DNA of 64,000 nucleotides from Podospora anserina (Eukaryota): NCBI GenBank assembly GCA_017654855.1, contig CM030336.1, positions 2,480,001 to 2,544,000 of the forward strand, read 5' to 3'. Shown piece by piece: positions 1 to 10,855 of this stretch (position 1 is its first letter; each line of letters starts with the position of its first letter). The notes under the pieces were generated by a model. It saw only the letters and a program-made list of their open reading frames with translations, ran no database searches and was not told where the DNA came from. The position numbers and the translations under genes were made by a program.

Positions 1-609
1 TGATGGTGAGGGGGAGACTTGAGAGACTTGGTAAAACTGATATCCCAATCTATGGATCCTGGCAAGTCACCTGAAGAACTGTAAACTGTAAAAAGCAGTA
101 AATGTTATCTCCTTGAATAGACGCCTCAAACTGAGCCTCTTTGTTTATCCCGCCATAATGATGACCGCGGGGTTAGTTAGATTCGGGTTAGCGGGGCGCA
201 ATGGACCCTGCCAAGGCTCACCTTCCCGCCTCTGCCGGCATGTGAAGATGACCACATGACGGAGGTTTGTAAGTATCACCACATGACAGTCTGATAAACC
301 ATAAATAATATCCTCCTGAACTCAGCAATGCTCCCGACTAAAAATGGGTATAAAACCGCCTTCTCAACCGTACTCAACCACGGTTTAGTACCTTCGCAAG
401 AAAATGATTACAAGTACACATATCGTGATAAACTGAAACCCTTTAACCTTTCAACCTTTCCACCCGAAAAATAAATCAATGAAATCCGCTTATGCCATGG
501 CCCAACCCACCAACAATGCTTGCTCTCATCGGAGTCAAAACAGAATATTCCGCTAACGTATACCCTCATCCCCACCTCTCCCTCTATTCTTTCCCCGTCT
601 TCCCCAACA

Positions 610-3600
610 TCACACAGCCACCTCAACCCCCTCCTCCTTCTTCTTCTCCTCCTCCCCATCCCCGTCCAAATCAACCTCCTCCCCCCTCGCCGCCCGCTTC
701 GCAATATCCCTCTCCTTGTAAATCTCCCCCCTCCTCACCGTCGCCATCTCCAAATTCTCGGCATACGTCCTAAACTTGACAATCTCATGCAGCAAATACT
801 CGCTCTTCCTCTCCCAATTCGCCATGGCCCTCACCGCGTTCGTGCTCCTCGGCGTGAACGCAAGCAGCATCGGGCTCCTAAGCGCGTTGTGGCTCTGCAG
901 TTCCGCCTCGATACTCTTGATGTACCCCTGCAGATACCCCAGCTGGTCCTTCTCGGACAGGTTGCTGGGGCGGGTGGACTGCTGCGGCGGTGTCCAGTCG
1001 GCAATGTGGATGCGATCACCGGGCAGCTTAGCCGAGTGACGCATAGGAAGGGAGCCGACCAGGCCGGCGTGGTTGCCGAGGACGCCTGAGGAGCCCGAGC
1101 CAGGGCGGTTGAGAGAGCCGCCAAAGTCAAAGGACGAAGAGCGGATGGAGCGGCCGGATTGCATGGAGGAGCGGGTGAGGGTGGGTACTATCCCTGTGCC
1201 GGTGTTGGCAGCGGCCGCGCTGCCGGAGCGGGTGTGGCCTCGGGCGCTGCTGCCGGATGTTGGGGGGCGGTTGGGGAGGTTGGTTGTGCTTTCGTTAATG
1301 GCGGCTACGAGCGCGTTGTCGATAACCGCGTCGCTCCAGCCGTACTCGATGTTGGAGATACCACCAATCAGTGGTACTGTGCTGAGTCGGGCGCTCCAGT
1401 AGTTGGCCGTGCTGACGAACTCGGCGCTGATCTCGGGTGTGCCGACGTGGAAGAAGTGAACGGCGCCGGTGGGCAGGTTCAGGATCCAGACGTGCCTGCG
1501 GGAATTGCTGTACCCCCCAGGAGGGAAAGCAGTGGCGAGAGTATGCCTGAGCGAGAAAGTACCCAGGTTGGTAGCATGGTCTTGCCAGTTGCCCCCACCC
1601 ACCACGGCACCCTTGGGAAGAGTCCCGCCAGGACCCCGTCTGTTCTTCTGTCTCATCGACTTGTTCGGCGAAAAGGAGAAGAGGCTCAGCTGCCCCTTTT
1701 GGATGACCGCAAACACTTCGGTCCAATTGTGGTTCTTGGGCTTCTTATTGTTCCCATCCTTGAAGTGTTTGTGGCTCACAATTCCTTCCTTGATCCATGG
1801 AGGACCGGCAAGCTCAAGAGACTCATCATCCAACAACTCATCAGGATGAACCTCCCCGTCGTCGTCGGCATTGTCCTCCCGGATAATCGCCTGGCTCAGA
1901 GCGCTGGCAAATCCAATCGACTGCTGGTAGTCGCCACGGGGATACGCCGAGCCGAACGAGTCCATCGACATGGAGGTGTGGGTCCTACCCAGCGACACCT
2001 TACTCCAGGTCGCTGAGGAATCGGTAGGGCTCCAGACAGACGTTCCATCGTCAAAGCTAGTCCTACTAGACGAGAAGCCGTTGCCAAAGCCTCGTGGTCT
2101 TGATCTGCTCTTGGAGTTCCACCTCGAGTTGGGCTTCATTGTGTCCTGAATGCGGCCCCGGGTGGAAGCAACACCCTCTGATGGCGCTTTGCTAAGCACA
2201 CTGGGTGACCGCTTGAGCATGCTCATGACGGACAAGCTGTTTGGGGTCTGGACGATGGGGCTCGAGGCATCGGCGCCGAACAACGGCAAACGGTCATCGC
2301 GGATCGAAGAATATGTCTCCTTCAAGACAATTTCCACTTGTTGCTCCCATGTCTTCAGCGGCCCGTCAAATGGCGCCTTGACAAGAGGGCCACATCCGTC
2401 AGCCGAATCCGCAAACGTCCCAAGCGCCGAACCGGGACGTGGTGGTGGCTTGAACGAGGCCCGGAAGCTACTATATCTCGGGTTTTGGTCCTCCGACGTG
2501 CGACCTTCCGCCTCCCACTGGGGCCCCTTGCCCGGGAGGATGCTCGCACGCTTGTTGAACGCCTCAGGCGCCGACTCTTGAAGGGCCTGTCTGATGGTGG
2601 TCATGGTGTTCTTGACGAACTGGGGCTTGCTCATTCTGTGCTCAATATCGGCAATATGAAGATCCGTGTTGAGAAGAATGATTGAGTAGCAAATAGTGTG
2701 AATAACATCTGTGACAGGGTCAGCGAGACCCTTGGGAGAAACAGAGACACAAAACTTACCTGGTATTTTGAAACCATGATTTGGGTTGCAGTCGCACCAC
2801 CTCTTGGTAAAGGCTACCAAGATCCTGTCCACTTGCTGTGTTTCAGCCCTCAGCAGCAGGCGGTTGCACACCAAGCGCAAGCCGCTCACAATGCTCTGGT
2901 TCTCAAAGTCGAAGAGATCCATGTAAGCACGTAGCACTCTCTGGCGAACAGGGCCTTCTTCACCCATGTAAGCCGCCGCCCGGTCCTTTTGGATGAACTC
3001 CTCACTGCCGTCATAAATCTTCTGTGCCTTTTGACGGTCATCTTCCGTCGGATCTCCCACCACAAACTCGTTTGGTTCATCAATGGACTTGGCTGAGTGA
3101 GGAATGGATTCACCCTTGGGACTCGGCTCGGCGCTTTCGATCTTGAAGCTGGGCACACTTGGCTTTTCAAGTGGCAGGCCGAGCGTGTTGGAACTGTCAC
3201 GATTAGTGGGCGGGTTGTCGGTATTGTGTCGGATCGAAAGTCTCAAGTCTTTCCTGGCCATGTTAAGGTTTGGAACGCTCTTGGACTTGGATACCGTTGG
3301 TGACGGTGACCGGTTCCTGTCATCTTCCGCCCCAGGCTCGAGGTTCCTGGTTTCAGACTGAGGAGCCTTGCGATGCCGTACCGGGCTGTCCTCGTCATCA
3401 CTGTCTTCGCGTAGAAAAGACTTGGGCGGCGAGGCCAGAGGCGTAGCAGGGGGCCGGTTTGGTGTGGTGGCAGTGTTGTTGGGATCACTGGGTTCGGGGT
3501 CGACTTTGCGTATAACAGCTTTTGGACTCGGGTCATAGTCCGGTGAAAAGCCGCGGTTCCTACCGCGGTTCTCCTCTTCCGGTGGCGCGGGATTCTTGGC

Positions 3601-5334
3601 CTGAACAGGAGATTCCGGGGCCTCGATGGAAGGCATTGGCTCGTCCACAGGGGTCTGGGCAGCGGTCGACATAGGGCTGCCAGCAAGGAACGGGTCCATG
3701 GCCCGCCGTAAGCTGGTGATCGGGCTGGGCTCTGTCTTTCCTATCCCTGGGAACACCTGTAGCTGATCCATAGGGAGCTTGACCGCCGGGACATTGTGCA
3801 CCACCGGTGCCACTGGCACGATGGGGACCGGTGGTGGCTCCGCATCTGTGATGGACTGTTTCCGTCGCCGAAAGAACGACGACGTCTTTTTCTGTAGCGT
3901 ATGCGTGGTGGAATGATGTGATTCGCGTGACGGTGGTGCGGATGATTTCGGCTGCAGTCCGAGCGAGGAGGCGGCCGGTGTTACTGGTGGCGTAGAGATG
4001 CTCGGTGTCAATGCTGTCTTGGTAGACCCAAACATCCTCCTGAAGAAGCCTTGCTTTTCTTTTGGCTGCATGGTGGCCTGTGGCGGGACAAGACCCGCCT
4101 CTTTTGATTTTTCGTAACCAATGTGTGGAGCAGGAGCTGAGTCGATGTCCAAAACAGGGACAGGCGGTGCATCGCGCACCGTGGTGTACATTGGGTCTGG
4201 CTTTCTGGTGATGGTGGCGCTCTTGGACGAGCGGATGCTTCGTCGACGTTCGACACTCGACCCTCTGGATTGGGCCTTCGGCTCGGTAGTCTTGGGTTCG
4301 GGCGGCGACATGACGGGCAGCGACGGCACTGTGGTTAGTCTACGCGGGCCGGCTGGGACCGTTGGCATCGGCGCGGCGTCGTACTCATCGTTGTTCTTGT
4401 TGAAAAAAGTGTTGGAAAACTCAATGTGCCAGGGGCCTGGTGCTGGCCGTGGTACTGCTGCTTCTGCCGCCCCATCAAAGCTCGATGATCTCCCAAACCC
4501 CCTGGCCCATCGCTGGCTGCCCAGAACCTGTGCGTAACCCTGATCGATGCTGTTTGTGCTGCTGCTCTTGCTCCCCTTGCCGCCTCTAGAATGGATTGCC
4601 CCCGGTGTCCCCGTCTCGCGCATGCTGTTGATCCGGCCGAGGTTGGACTGGAAGCCTGAGCTGCTGTTGCTGCGGCGGCCGCGCGATGACATCCTGCTGG
4701 CGTCGTCTGCCCCTTCGAGGTCGGAGCTGTACGAGTAGCCGTGGCCGGTGCGGCCGGTCCTCGAGTTGAAGGTCATTGTTCGGCTGTTGTCGTCTCCAAA
4801 CGAGGAAAAGAGGGGATCGTCGTACCCTGGCCTCGACCCGCCAAATGACGTGGTACCACCAACACCTCCTCCAATCTGGCCCATGGACATTTGGTCGAGC
4901 GACAGGAGCATGTTGGCCACGAGCGAGTCCCGTGTTACCTGGCGGGCCGGCAGCGAGAGGTCGTGGGAGTCGCGGGGGTCGGGCTGCTTCTTGGAGCGAG
5001 ACGATGATGGCAGTTCGGGCTGGTGATGTTGCTGGTCCTGGTTCGGCAGTGTCATCTCGTAGGGGATGTCGACGGGCGTGAGACTCTCAAGAAAGGTCTC
5101 AATGTCGGCCGTGTCTCTACCCGTGCCTTTGGGCAACCTAAGCGCCCGGCCCCCAGCAGATGAGGCGCTCTCGTCTTGGGAAGGTGTGGGTGTTTCGCGG
5201 GCAGGCGGTGTCTGTGGGGGGTCTCGCTGTCTTTTGATTCTCGGGGGGGACGGCGACGTGTCGATAGTCAGTTCGGGCTTCCGTCTGCCGCCTTCTCGGC
5301 AAGCCGTGTCGGTTGGATCGTAATCTTGGTACAT
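610..5334 (-). CDS. SYT1: Arf guanine-nucleotide exchange factor with Sec7 and PH domains (Syt1-like)
   Basis: Sec7 motifs LLLRAETQQVDRILVAFTKRWCDCNP and HTICYSIILLNTDLH. PH-like region WIKEGIVSHKH...WTEVFAVIQKGQLSLF...FSLRHTLA...ANYWSARLS, then a C-terminal coiled coil. In-frame 51-nt intron at 2759-2709 (GTAAGT..GCTGAC..CAG). First ATG in the ORF is at 5334; an upstream exon cannot be excluded. Confidence 0.85.
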   Translation of the reverse strand: MYQDYDPTDTACREGGRRKPELTIDTSPSPPRIKRQRDPPQTPPARETPTPSQDESASSAGGRALRLPKGTGRDTADIETFLESLTPVDIPYEMTLPNQDQQHHQPELPSSSRSKKQPDPRDSHDLSLPARQVTRDSLVANMLLSLDQMSMGQIGGGVGGTTSFGGSRPGYDDPLFSSFGDDNSRTMTFNSRTGRTGHGYSYSSDLEGADDASRMSSRGRRSNSSSGFQSNLGRINSMRETGTPGAIHSRGGKGSKSSSTNSIDQGYAQVLGSQRWARGFGRSSSFDGAAEAAVPRPAPGPWHIEFSNTFFNKNNDEYDAAPMPTVPAGPRRLTTVPSLPVMSPPEPKTTEPKAQSRGSSVERRRSIRSSKSATITRKPDPMYTTVRDAPPVPVLDIDSAPAPHIGYEKSKEAGLVPPQATMQPKEKQGFFRRMFGSTKTALTPSISTPPVTPAASSLGLQPKSSAPPSRESHHSTTHTLQKKTSSFFRRRKQSITDAEPPPVPIVPVAPVVHNVPAVKLPMDQLQVFPGIGKTEPSPITSLRRAMDPFLAGSPMSTAAQTPVDEPMPSIEAPESPVQAKNPAPPEEENRGRNRGFSPDYDPSPKAVIRKVDPEPSDPNNTATTPNRPPATPLASPPKSFLREDSDDEDSPVRHRKAPQSETRNLEPGAEDDRNRSPSPTVSKSKSVPNLNMARKDLRLSIRHNTDNPPTNRDSSNTLGLPLEKPSVPSFKIESAEPSPKGESIPHSAKSIDEPNEFVVGDPTEDDRQKAQKIYDGSEEFIQKDRAAAYMGEEGPVRQRVLRAYMDLFDFENQSIVSGLRLVCNRLLLRAETQQVDRILVAFTKRWCDCNPNHGFKIPGKFCVSVSPKGLADPVTDVIHTICYSIILLNTDLHIADIEHRMSKPQFVKNTMTTIRQALQESAPEAFNKRASILPGKGPQWEAEGRTSEDQNPRYSSFRASFKPPPRPGSALGTFADSADGCGPLVKAPFDGPLKTWEQQVEIVLKETYSSIRDDRLPLFGADASSPIVQTPNSLSVMSMLKRSPSVLSKAPSEGVASTRGRIQDTMKPNSRWNSKSRSRPRGFGNGFSSSRTSFDDGTSVWSPTDSSATWSKVSLGRTHTSMSMDSFGSAYPRGDYQQSIGFASALSQAIIREDNADDDGEVHPDELLDDESLELAGPPWIKEGIVSHKHFKDGNNKKPKNHNWTEVFAVIQKGQLSLFSFSPNKSMRQKNRRGPGGTLPKGAVVGGGNWQDHATNLGTFSLRHTLATAFPPGGYSNSRRHVWILNLPTGAVHFFHVGTPEISAEFVSTANYWSARLSTVPLIGGISNIEYGWSDAVIDNALVAAINESTTNLPNRPPTSGSSARGHTRSGSAAAANTGTGIVPTLTRSSMQSGRSIRSSSFDFGGSLNRPGSGSSGVLGNHAGLVGSLPMRHSAKLPGDRIHIADWTPPQQSTRPSNLSEKDQLGYLQGYIKSIEAELQSHNALRSPMLLAFTPRSTNAVRAMANWERKSEYLLHEIVKFRTYAENLEMATVRRGEIYKERDIAKRAARGEEVDLDGDGEEEKKKEEGVEVAV

Positions 5335-6583
5335 GTTGTACGGAGTACCTGTCGAGGAAACAGGCGGGTGACACAAAGACGCCCCTTTGACGCCATCCAC
5401 GGCCAAGCCAATCAACAAGCACTCGACAAGCAGCGCGCACAAATTAGAGATGTTCAGAAGCGCGTAAAGAGTGTGCGTCTGTGTGTCCCGTTTAGGGGAA
5501 CTGTGCCGTGTGCCCCTCTCGGGCTGCTCTTGAGATTGGAATTGTTTTGCTTTGCCAGGATTAAATTAGGTAGCGGCCATTCGGCAGACGGACGGCTGTG
5601 TAAATCAGTGGAGAGATTGCGACCTCGTCTCTTGTTTCTTTCATTCTTCGGCTGCTTCCGTTGCACCGTCATCCTTTGAACAGCGACAAGGACAGCGACA
5701 GCGGGCATCCCGAAAATGTCCTCGACTGATGAATTGTTTCAGAAAGAGCTCGTCCAACCACAATCCAAAGCGCGTCTTTCTCCTGCGTCGCGCTGCATCC
5801 AGTCCATGCAACCTGACAACGTTGGAGCCCCAAGCTTCCTACTTCTCCTTCTGCGCTAGCCCCGCGGCCATAGCGCTGTCAAGTGCCCCTTTTTTTTTTC
5901 TTTTCCTGCAGTGTCTCCCTCAACTCCAATCCCGTTTCACCGATTGACAGCTCCGTCATGCAAGTATCTTTTTCAAGAATAAATAACATGCACATGAACG
6001 ACATGCACGCTGCAGGAAAAAAACAAACAAATAAAATAGATATATTCCTATGGCCAGCCCGCCATGCGCGTCTGGGGCACGAGTGCGACTTTCAGGGTAC
6101 CCCACACCGCCTAGTAACATCCTCTACATGACATCGTGGCAGGCTTGACACGATCCGAAGCCCACCGCCTATTCCGGCCTGCCGCGGCCTGCCGGGGGAG
6201 AGAAATAAACCGCGCACTCCCTTGTTTCACAATCCGAGCCACGTGGAGGCCGTCGAACCACCATCTCCGATAAACAGCGGCCCCACTTGGCTCGGCAAGC
6301 CGGTGGCCCCACTCTGCCTCACCGGCTCCGTGTCTCGGCTCCGGTGGCCTTCTCCGTTACAGCAGGTGGAGGAGTCGAAATAAGGAGAACTGTATTGTAT
6401 TGATGATTCCCATGAGCACTGGAATCTACGGATATCTCAACTCTCTCAACATCAAGCCATCGTCACATCCTCCGATTCCCCCACACTGACTGAGCAGAAC
6501 TGCCATCGCCCGTTTCATCCTGCAACCCCCCTACCAGTGCAGAGGATGGTGTGGCCCGAAGTCGCCACCGTTCATCACCACCA

Positions 6584-8150
6584 TCAGATATCTCCCTTGT
6601 ACCACTTTGTCCACCCCCGAAACTGGATACGGCAGAGCCCGTTCCGCATCTGCTCCGTCCTCATCGGCTTCACTCTCAGGTTGGCAACCTTGTCCATACA
6701 GCTCAAGGGATCCTCCAGAAAATCCATCGCAACCTTGAACGCCCCGGGTCGATTGGAAGACGGGTCAAACGTCACGGCTTTGTTGACGAGCTGGTCGTCT
6801 CGGTTGTAACCAGTACCTTGGTGCATGCCGATGACATGTCCTCCCTGATCCATCACTGGACTTCCGCTGCTACATGGAGCAACCGCCACGTTGTGATCCA
6901 TCAACCGCTGGTTCTCCTCCATGTCACAAACAACCTGCGTAGTCCCCTCCCGGACTTCGTCATTCTCGTGACCCGACCGGTCAGGAAGAAGCCCCCGCAC
7001 AGTAACAGTAATTTTCTCCCCTCGATAAGGCGGGTTCCTATGCTTGAGAGGTCCCTCGCCGTCCACCTCACGATCAAGCCTGATAACCCCCATATCGAAC
7101 GACTTGTCCCCCACCACGAAGAAAGCCCAGTGAACACCGCAGTGCGTGCCCCTGTACCTCTCCCAGCCGGGTACGTCAATCTCCACCGCCTGAGCAAAAC
7201 CCTCCTTGTGGTTATACACCGCCGCTCCTACCGTCATGACAGTCTTTTGATCAACCAACCACCCCGTGAAGCGATGGTATCTCCTCTCCCCATTCTTGTC
7301 GGGAAACAAAGTGTGAACCCGCACAATTTCATCATTCCTCCTCCCCTCGCTCATCCCAGCGGCAACCTCCCTTTTTAACCTCCTCCCTTTTTCTTCTGCT
7401 GCACACCGTCCCAATGATGGCTCAGTATCAGTGAGCCCCCAGCAGAGAACATCAGGCGCGAAACCAACCTCCCCTCTTGCGATTTCGATCGTCCCTTCAC
7501 CGACAGTGAGTAACTCCTCGATGATGGCTTGTAGAATGTCAATCTCCTTCCAGAGCTTGAGATACCTCGCTTTGAAGTCGCCCTCTTGAAGGTCGTTCAT
7601 GAACTCGATCATGACTCGCAGTTTTTCACCCTGGGCGTTGAACACCTCTACTGGTTGGGCGCGGAGCGAGTTTTTTACTGCGTCGGGGAAGCTGTTGCAA
7701 GGGGGGGGAGGGGACCAGGTGATTTCGTGGGTGGTGGTGGTGGAGCCATTGATGAGGGAGATGGAGGCCGTGATGAGGGTGGACAGCTGGTCGAAGCGCT
7801 TTTCGATTTGGATGACCTGGAGTTCGAGTTCGGCTGTGTGGTGGGGGTGGGATTTGGTGCAGAGGGTGGTGAGCGAGGGGATGTTGTCTTCGCTTTCGGA
7901 GGGGATGGGGAAGGAGGCGAGGAGGTAGGAGAGGAGGAGGGTGTATCGACGGAAAAGGGTCGATGTGGCACGGTGGGTTGGGGTCGTGGTGAGGATTTGG
8001 CGGAAGTCTTTAACTTGAAGGTTAGCGAAGGGGTGAGGAACGGAGGTGAAGGGAACGAGACAGACCATATTCAGTGTTGGGTGGTGTGCTGAGTGGGAGT
8101 TGAAGGGACACGCCCTCGAAAATTGGGGCGAGTTCGGCGATTTGGGTCAT
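6584..8150 (-). CDS. Protein with an N-terminal helical region and a C-terminal trypsin/V8-like serine peptidase fold, probably catalytically inactive
   Basis: Exon 1 is 8150-8066 (MTQIAELAPIF...TEY), intron 8065-8014 (GTCTGT..GCTAAC..AAG), exon 2 is 8013-6584 in frame; about 504 aa. Peptidase-like motifs FTGWLVDQKTVMTVGAAVY, DMGVIRLD and PCSSGSPVMDQGGHVIGMH. Confidence 0.7.
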
Positions 8151-9577
8151 TTTGCTGCCGGAGGTTGTTTTTCGACTCAGGATGTCAGCTCAAAGATTGA
8201 TGGTCTCTTTGAAGCGAGGTTCATGGCAGTCTAAATATTTTCAAGACTGCTGCCTTGGAGCTCAAGGCCACCTGCACTGCCTGGAGAGCCAAGACATCAC
8301 CAGTCAGCATGCGTGCATACAATGCAGCATAGCCACCAGCCAGCCATCTCTAGACTGTCGGTGTACCAACACTGGCATCATTAGGCATGGGAAGCCGGCG
8401 TTCTCGAATCTCTCTGGAGATAAATATCGCAAAATTGCGCAAGGATGTTCATGATAGGCATTTTGAGAATCCGGGCACTGGAGATATCATTCGCATTTCC
8501 AATCTAGATCCTTCTCGCATTTAACCCTTCGCTTTTCCGAGTGCCTCGTGGCTGTGTGACTATTGGGAAACACGTGTTTGTCTCTCCAGAGACGCAGAGA
8601 TTATCGCCAGTTCACAATCAAACGAAAATGCTTCTCGCTGCTCTAGATAGCCGAGGAGGCATAGGAGCGGCTCCTTCTCGCCAAAGGGACTATCAAAACT
8701 TGTTATGCTATCGATGTAAAAGTTAACCCCAAGTGTTGATAGGGGAAACCACCCTACTACGGTACCTGCGGAGAAAAAACAGCTTGTAGGCCAAAAGAGA
8801 GACAACTGTGCCTCCAGTGCCTGCATCTTTGTGTCTCTTTATGAGTAGCAAAATGAACCGTGCTTTGGACTTCAAGTCGAACCCGCAGCATGGTATGGGG
8901 TGATATCAGGATTAGAGTTTGTAGGCCCAATGATGATGGTTTCTCATCACCGGGAGGCTTGATGGGGGGTGTGCGAGGATGACCAAGTACGCGTATCTCA
9001 TTGGAAGGACCAAAAAGCTTTCGCAGTATAAGAATCCCATCTGGAGATGAGATAAATCCATTTATGCCGGTACTCACCTAGTCTAGGTACCTACTATAGC
9101 CATACGTAGGTATCTAGTTAATCCTCTTGACACAGATGAAAATACTGATTGTGAAACCTTTCCAAACAAGCGTGACATGTTTCCTAGATGGGACTAATAG
9201 TCCCAATACTTGAAGAGGTCATGATAGCAAAACCGAAACACCGTCTGAATGATCTTGCTAGATATTTGGTCACCGGTCAGTACCATGTTGCCACGGTGAA
9301 GAGAACATGACTATCTCCTGGTTTTGACCAGCTGCCAAAGGCTTGAGCCTCTACGCAAGTTCAAGGGCTGTAAGACCTCGTTCCTCCTACATTGAAAATG
9401 CAACTCACCTTGTCCATTACACCTACTACCAGTCTTTGCAGGTCGCTAGTTTACTGCCACCACTAGGTATTCACAACACGAGCACCCCAGCTTCCAAAGT
9501 CATATGAACATCAAGACAAGCTTCCCTGCTCGCCTATCTATCATCCTCAAAAGATTGACAGCTCAACTCTGCTAATC

Positions 9578-10132
9578 ATGAAGTCCACAAAGACGTGGCC
9601 CAGGGCTCAAGAACGGCCAGACCCACAAAGACGAACCACGAATCCAAGACCAACAACGTCGACATACTACTTCAGACCTCCTACCAGTCGGCACGTCGAA
9701 GCAGAGGTACGACGCATGAACTCGCCAGCACCGGCCAGCCCCGACGCCCCCTGCAACTGCGATATAGGAAGGGCGATAGACGATCTCAAAGCGGTATACA
9801 CCCAGGCTTTTCAGGACTATCAGGACCTAATCGAGACACGCAAGGTGTATGGGAAGGGCACTATGATGCAGTCCATGAAGTCAGGAGACATGGATCTGGT
9901 GAATATCATGCTCAAGATTCACGGGTATTTCGATCTTACCTGTGGATTGTTGATAGAATGGATCAGGGGAATACTGGGAGATCCATGCAAACTTGATCTG
10001 TCAGACAAGGAGGATCTCTGCAAGCGAGAGGAAGATCTCAAAACAATAAGGTGGCTCACCGTGAAGATTATTGAAGATCTCAAGAAGGACAAAGAAAAGT
10101 ACGGAAAAGTACTTGGGCGCGGAAGGTCTTGA
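9578..10132 (+). CDS. Hypothetical protein, 184 aa, probably helical C-terminal half
   Basis: Open ORF with protein-like composition (DIGRAIDDLKAVYTQAFQDYQDLIE...). No recognised motif; start uncertain. Confidence 0.5.
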   Translation: MKSTKTWPRAQERPDPQRRTTNPRPTTSTYYFRPPTSRHVEAEVRRMNSPAPASPDAPCNCDIGRAIDDLKAVYTQAFQDYQDLIETRKVYGKGTMMQSMKSGDMDLVNIMLKIHGYFDLTCGLLIEWIRGILGDPCKLDLSDKEDLCKREEDLKTIRWLTVKIIEDLKKDKEKYGKVLGRGRS

Positions 10133-10414
10133 ACCACGATAACAGAAGGGAGCCAGGAAGGTGATTTGGGATACGCAGGTTCGAGTTGATATTGGCATGT
10201 AGGTAGGATAGCGAGAGAATAAACTGGGCAGGCCTATTTTTCATGACAACCTCAAACAAAGACGCAGCGGGTCAGAGAAGCATGTATGAAAGCACAAGCC
10301 ATTCGTCATTCAATAACAAAGCTACACCTCAAGACCTCACTATCACCCTCAACCTGGCCTTGACTTTCACCCCCTGCCAAGTTGGCACCCAGGACCATCC
10401 ACCAAATGTCCACC

Positions 10415-10855
10415 CTAACCAATAACAACATTAACCTTGAGGTTATTCCCGCTCGTCACCGTGTAATTAAACGAATACTTCCTCCCATCCCTCGTGACCT
10501 CATACGAAGACAGCGTCTTCCACCTCGCATCAACACGCTCCTTCTTCTGAGTGCCGCCCCACTCAGTCTCGTAGTACTCCGGCGTGATGACAACACCAGT
10601 CTGGCTGGCAGGGTCCAGCTTGGTGACGATGTCGCCCCACGGCTTGTAGTTGTGCACGCCGAGGGTGACGATGAAGTTCTCGCCCGTGTCGGCCACGAAG
10701 CGGAGCGAGCCCGAGGTGCCGCTGGCGCCGATGGTGAGGACTTGGGCGCCTTTGACCTCGTCCCAGGTGCCGTTGCGGAAGACGGTGCTTTCGGCGAGGT
10801 GGAAGAAGGCGTTGGTTTTGGTCTGGTAGACCTGGACTGTGATGGTGTAGGACAT
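10415..10855 (-). CDS. Fungal fruit-body lectin (ABL/XCL, actinoporin-like family)
   Basis: 146 aa starting MSYTITVQVYQT, with family motifs GTW..VLTIGASGTSGSLRF and FIVTLGVHNYKPWGDIVT. A 5'UTR intron at 10921-10857 (GTCAGT..CTGAC..CAG) ends 1 nt before the ATG. TATA-like element near 11037-11043. Confidence 0.9.
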   Translation of the reverse strand: MSYTITVQVYQTKTNAFFHLAESTVFRNGTWDEVKGAQVLTIGASGTSGSLRFVADTGENFIVTLGVHNYKPWGDIVTKLDPASQTGVVITPEYYETEWGGTQKKERVDARWKTLSSYEVTRDGRKYSFNYTVTSGNNLKVNVVIG

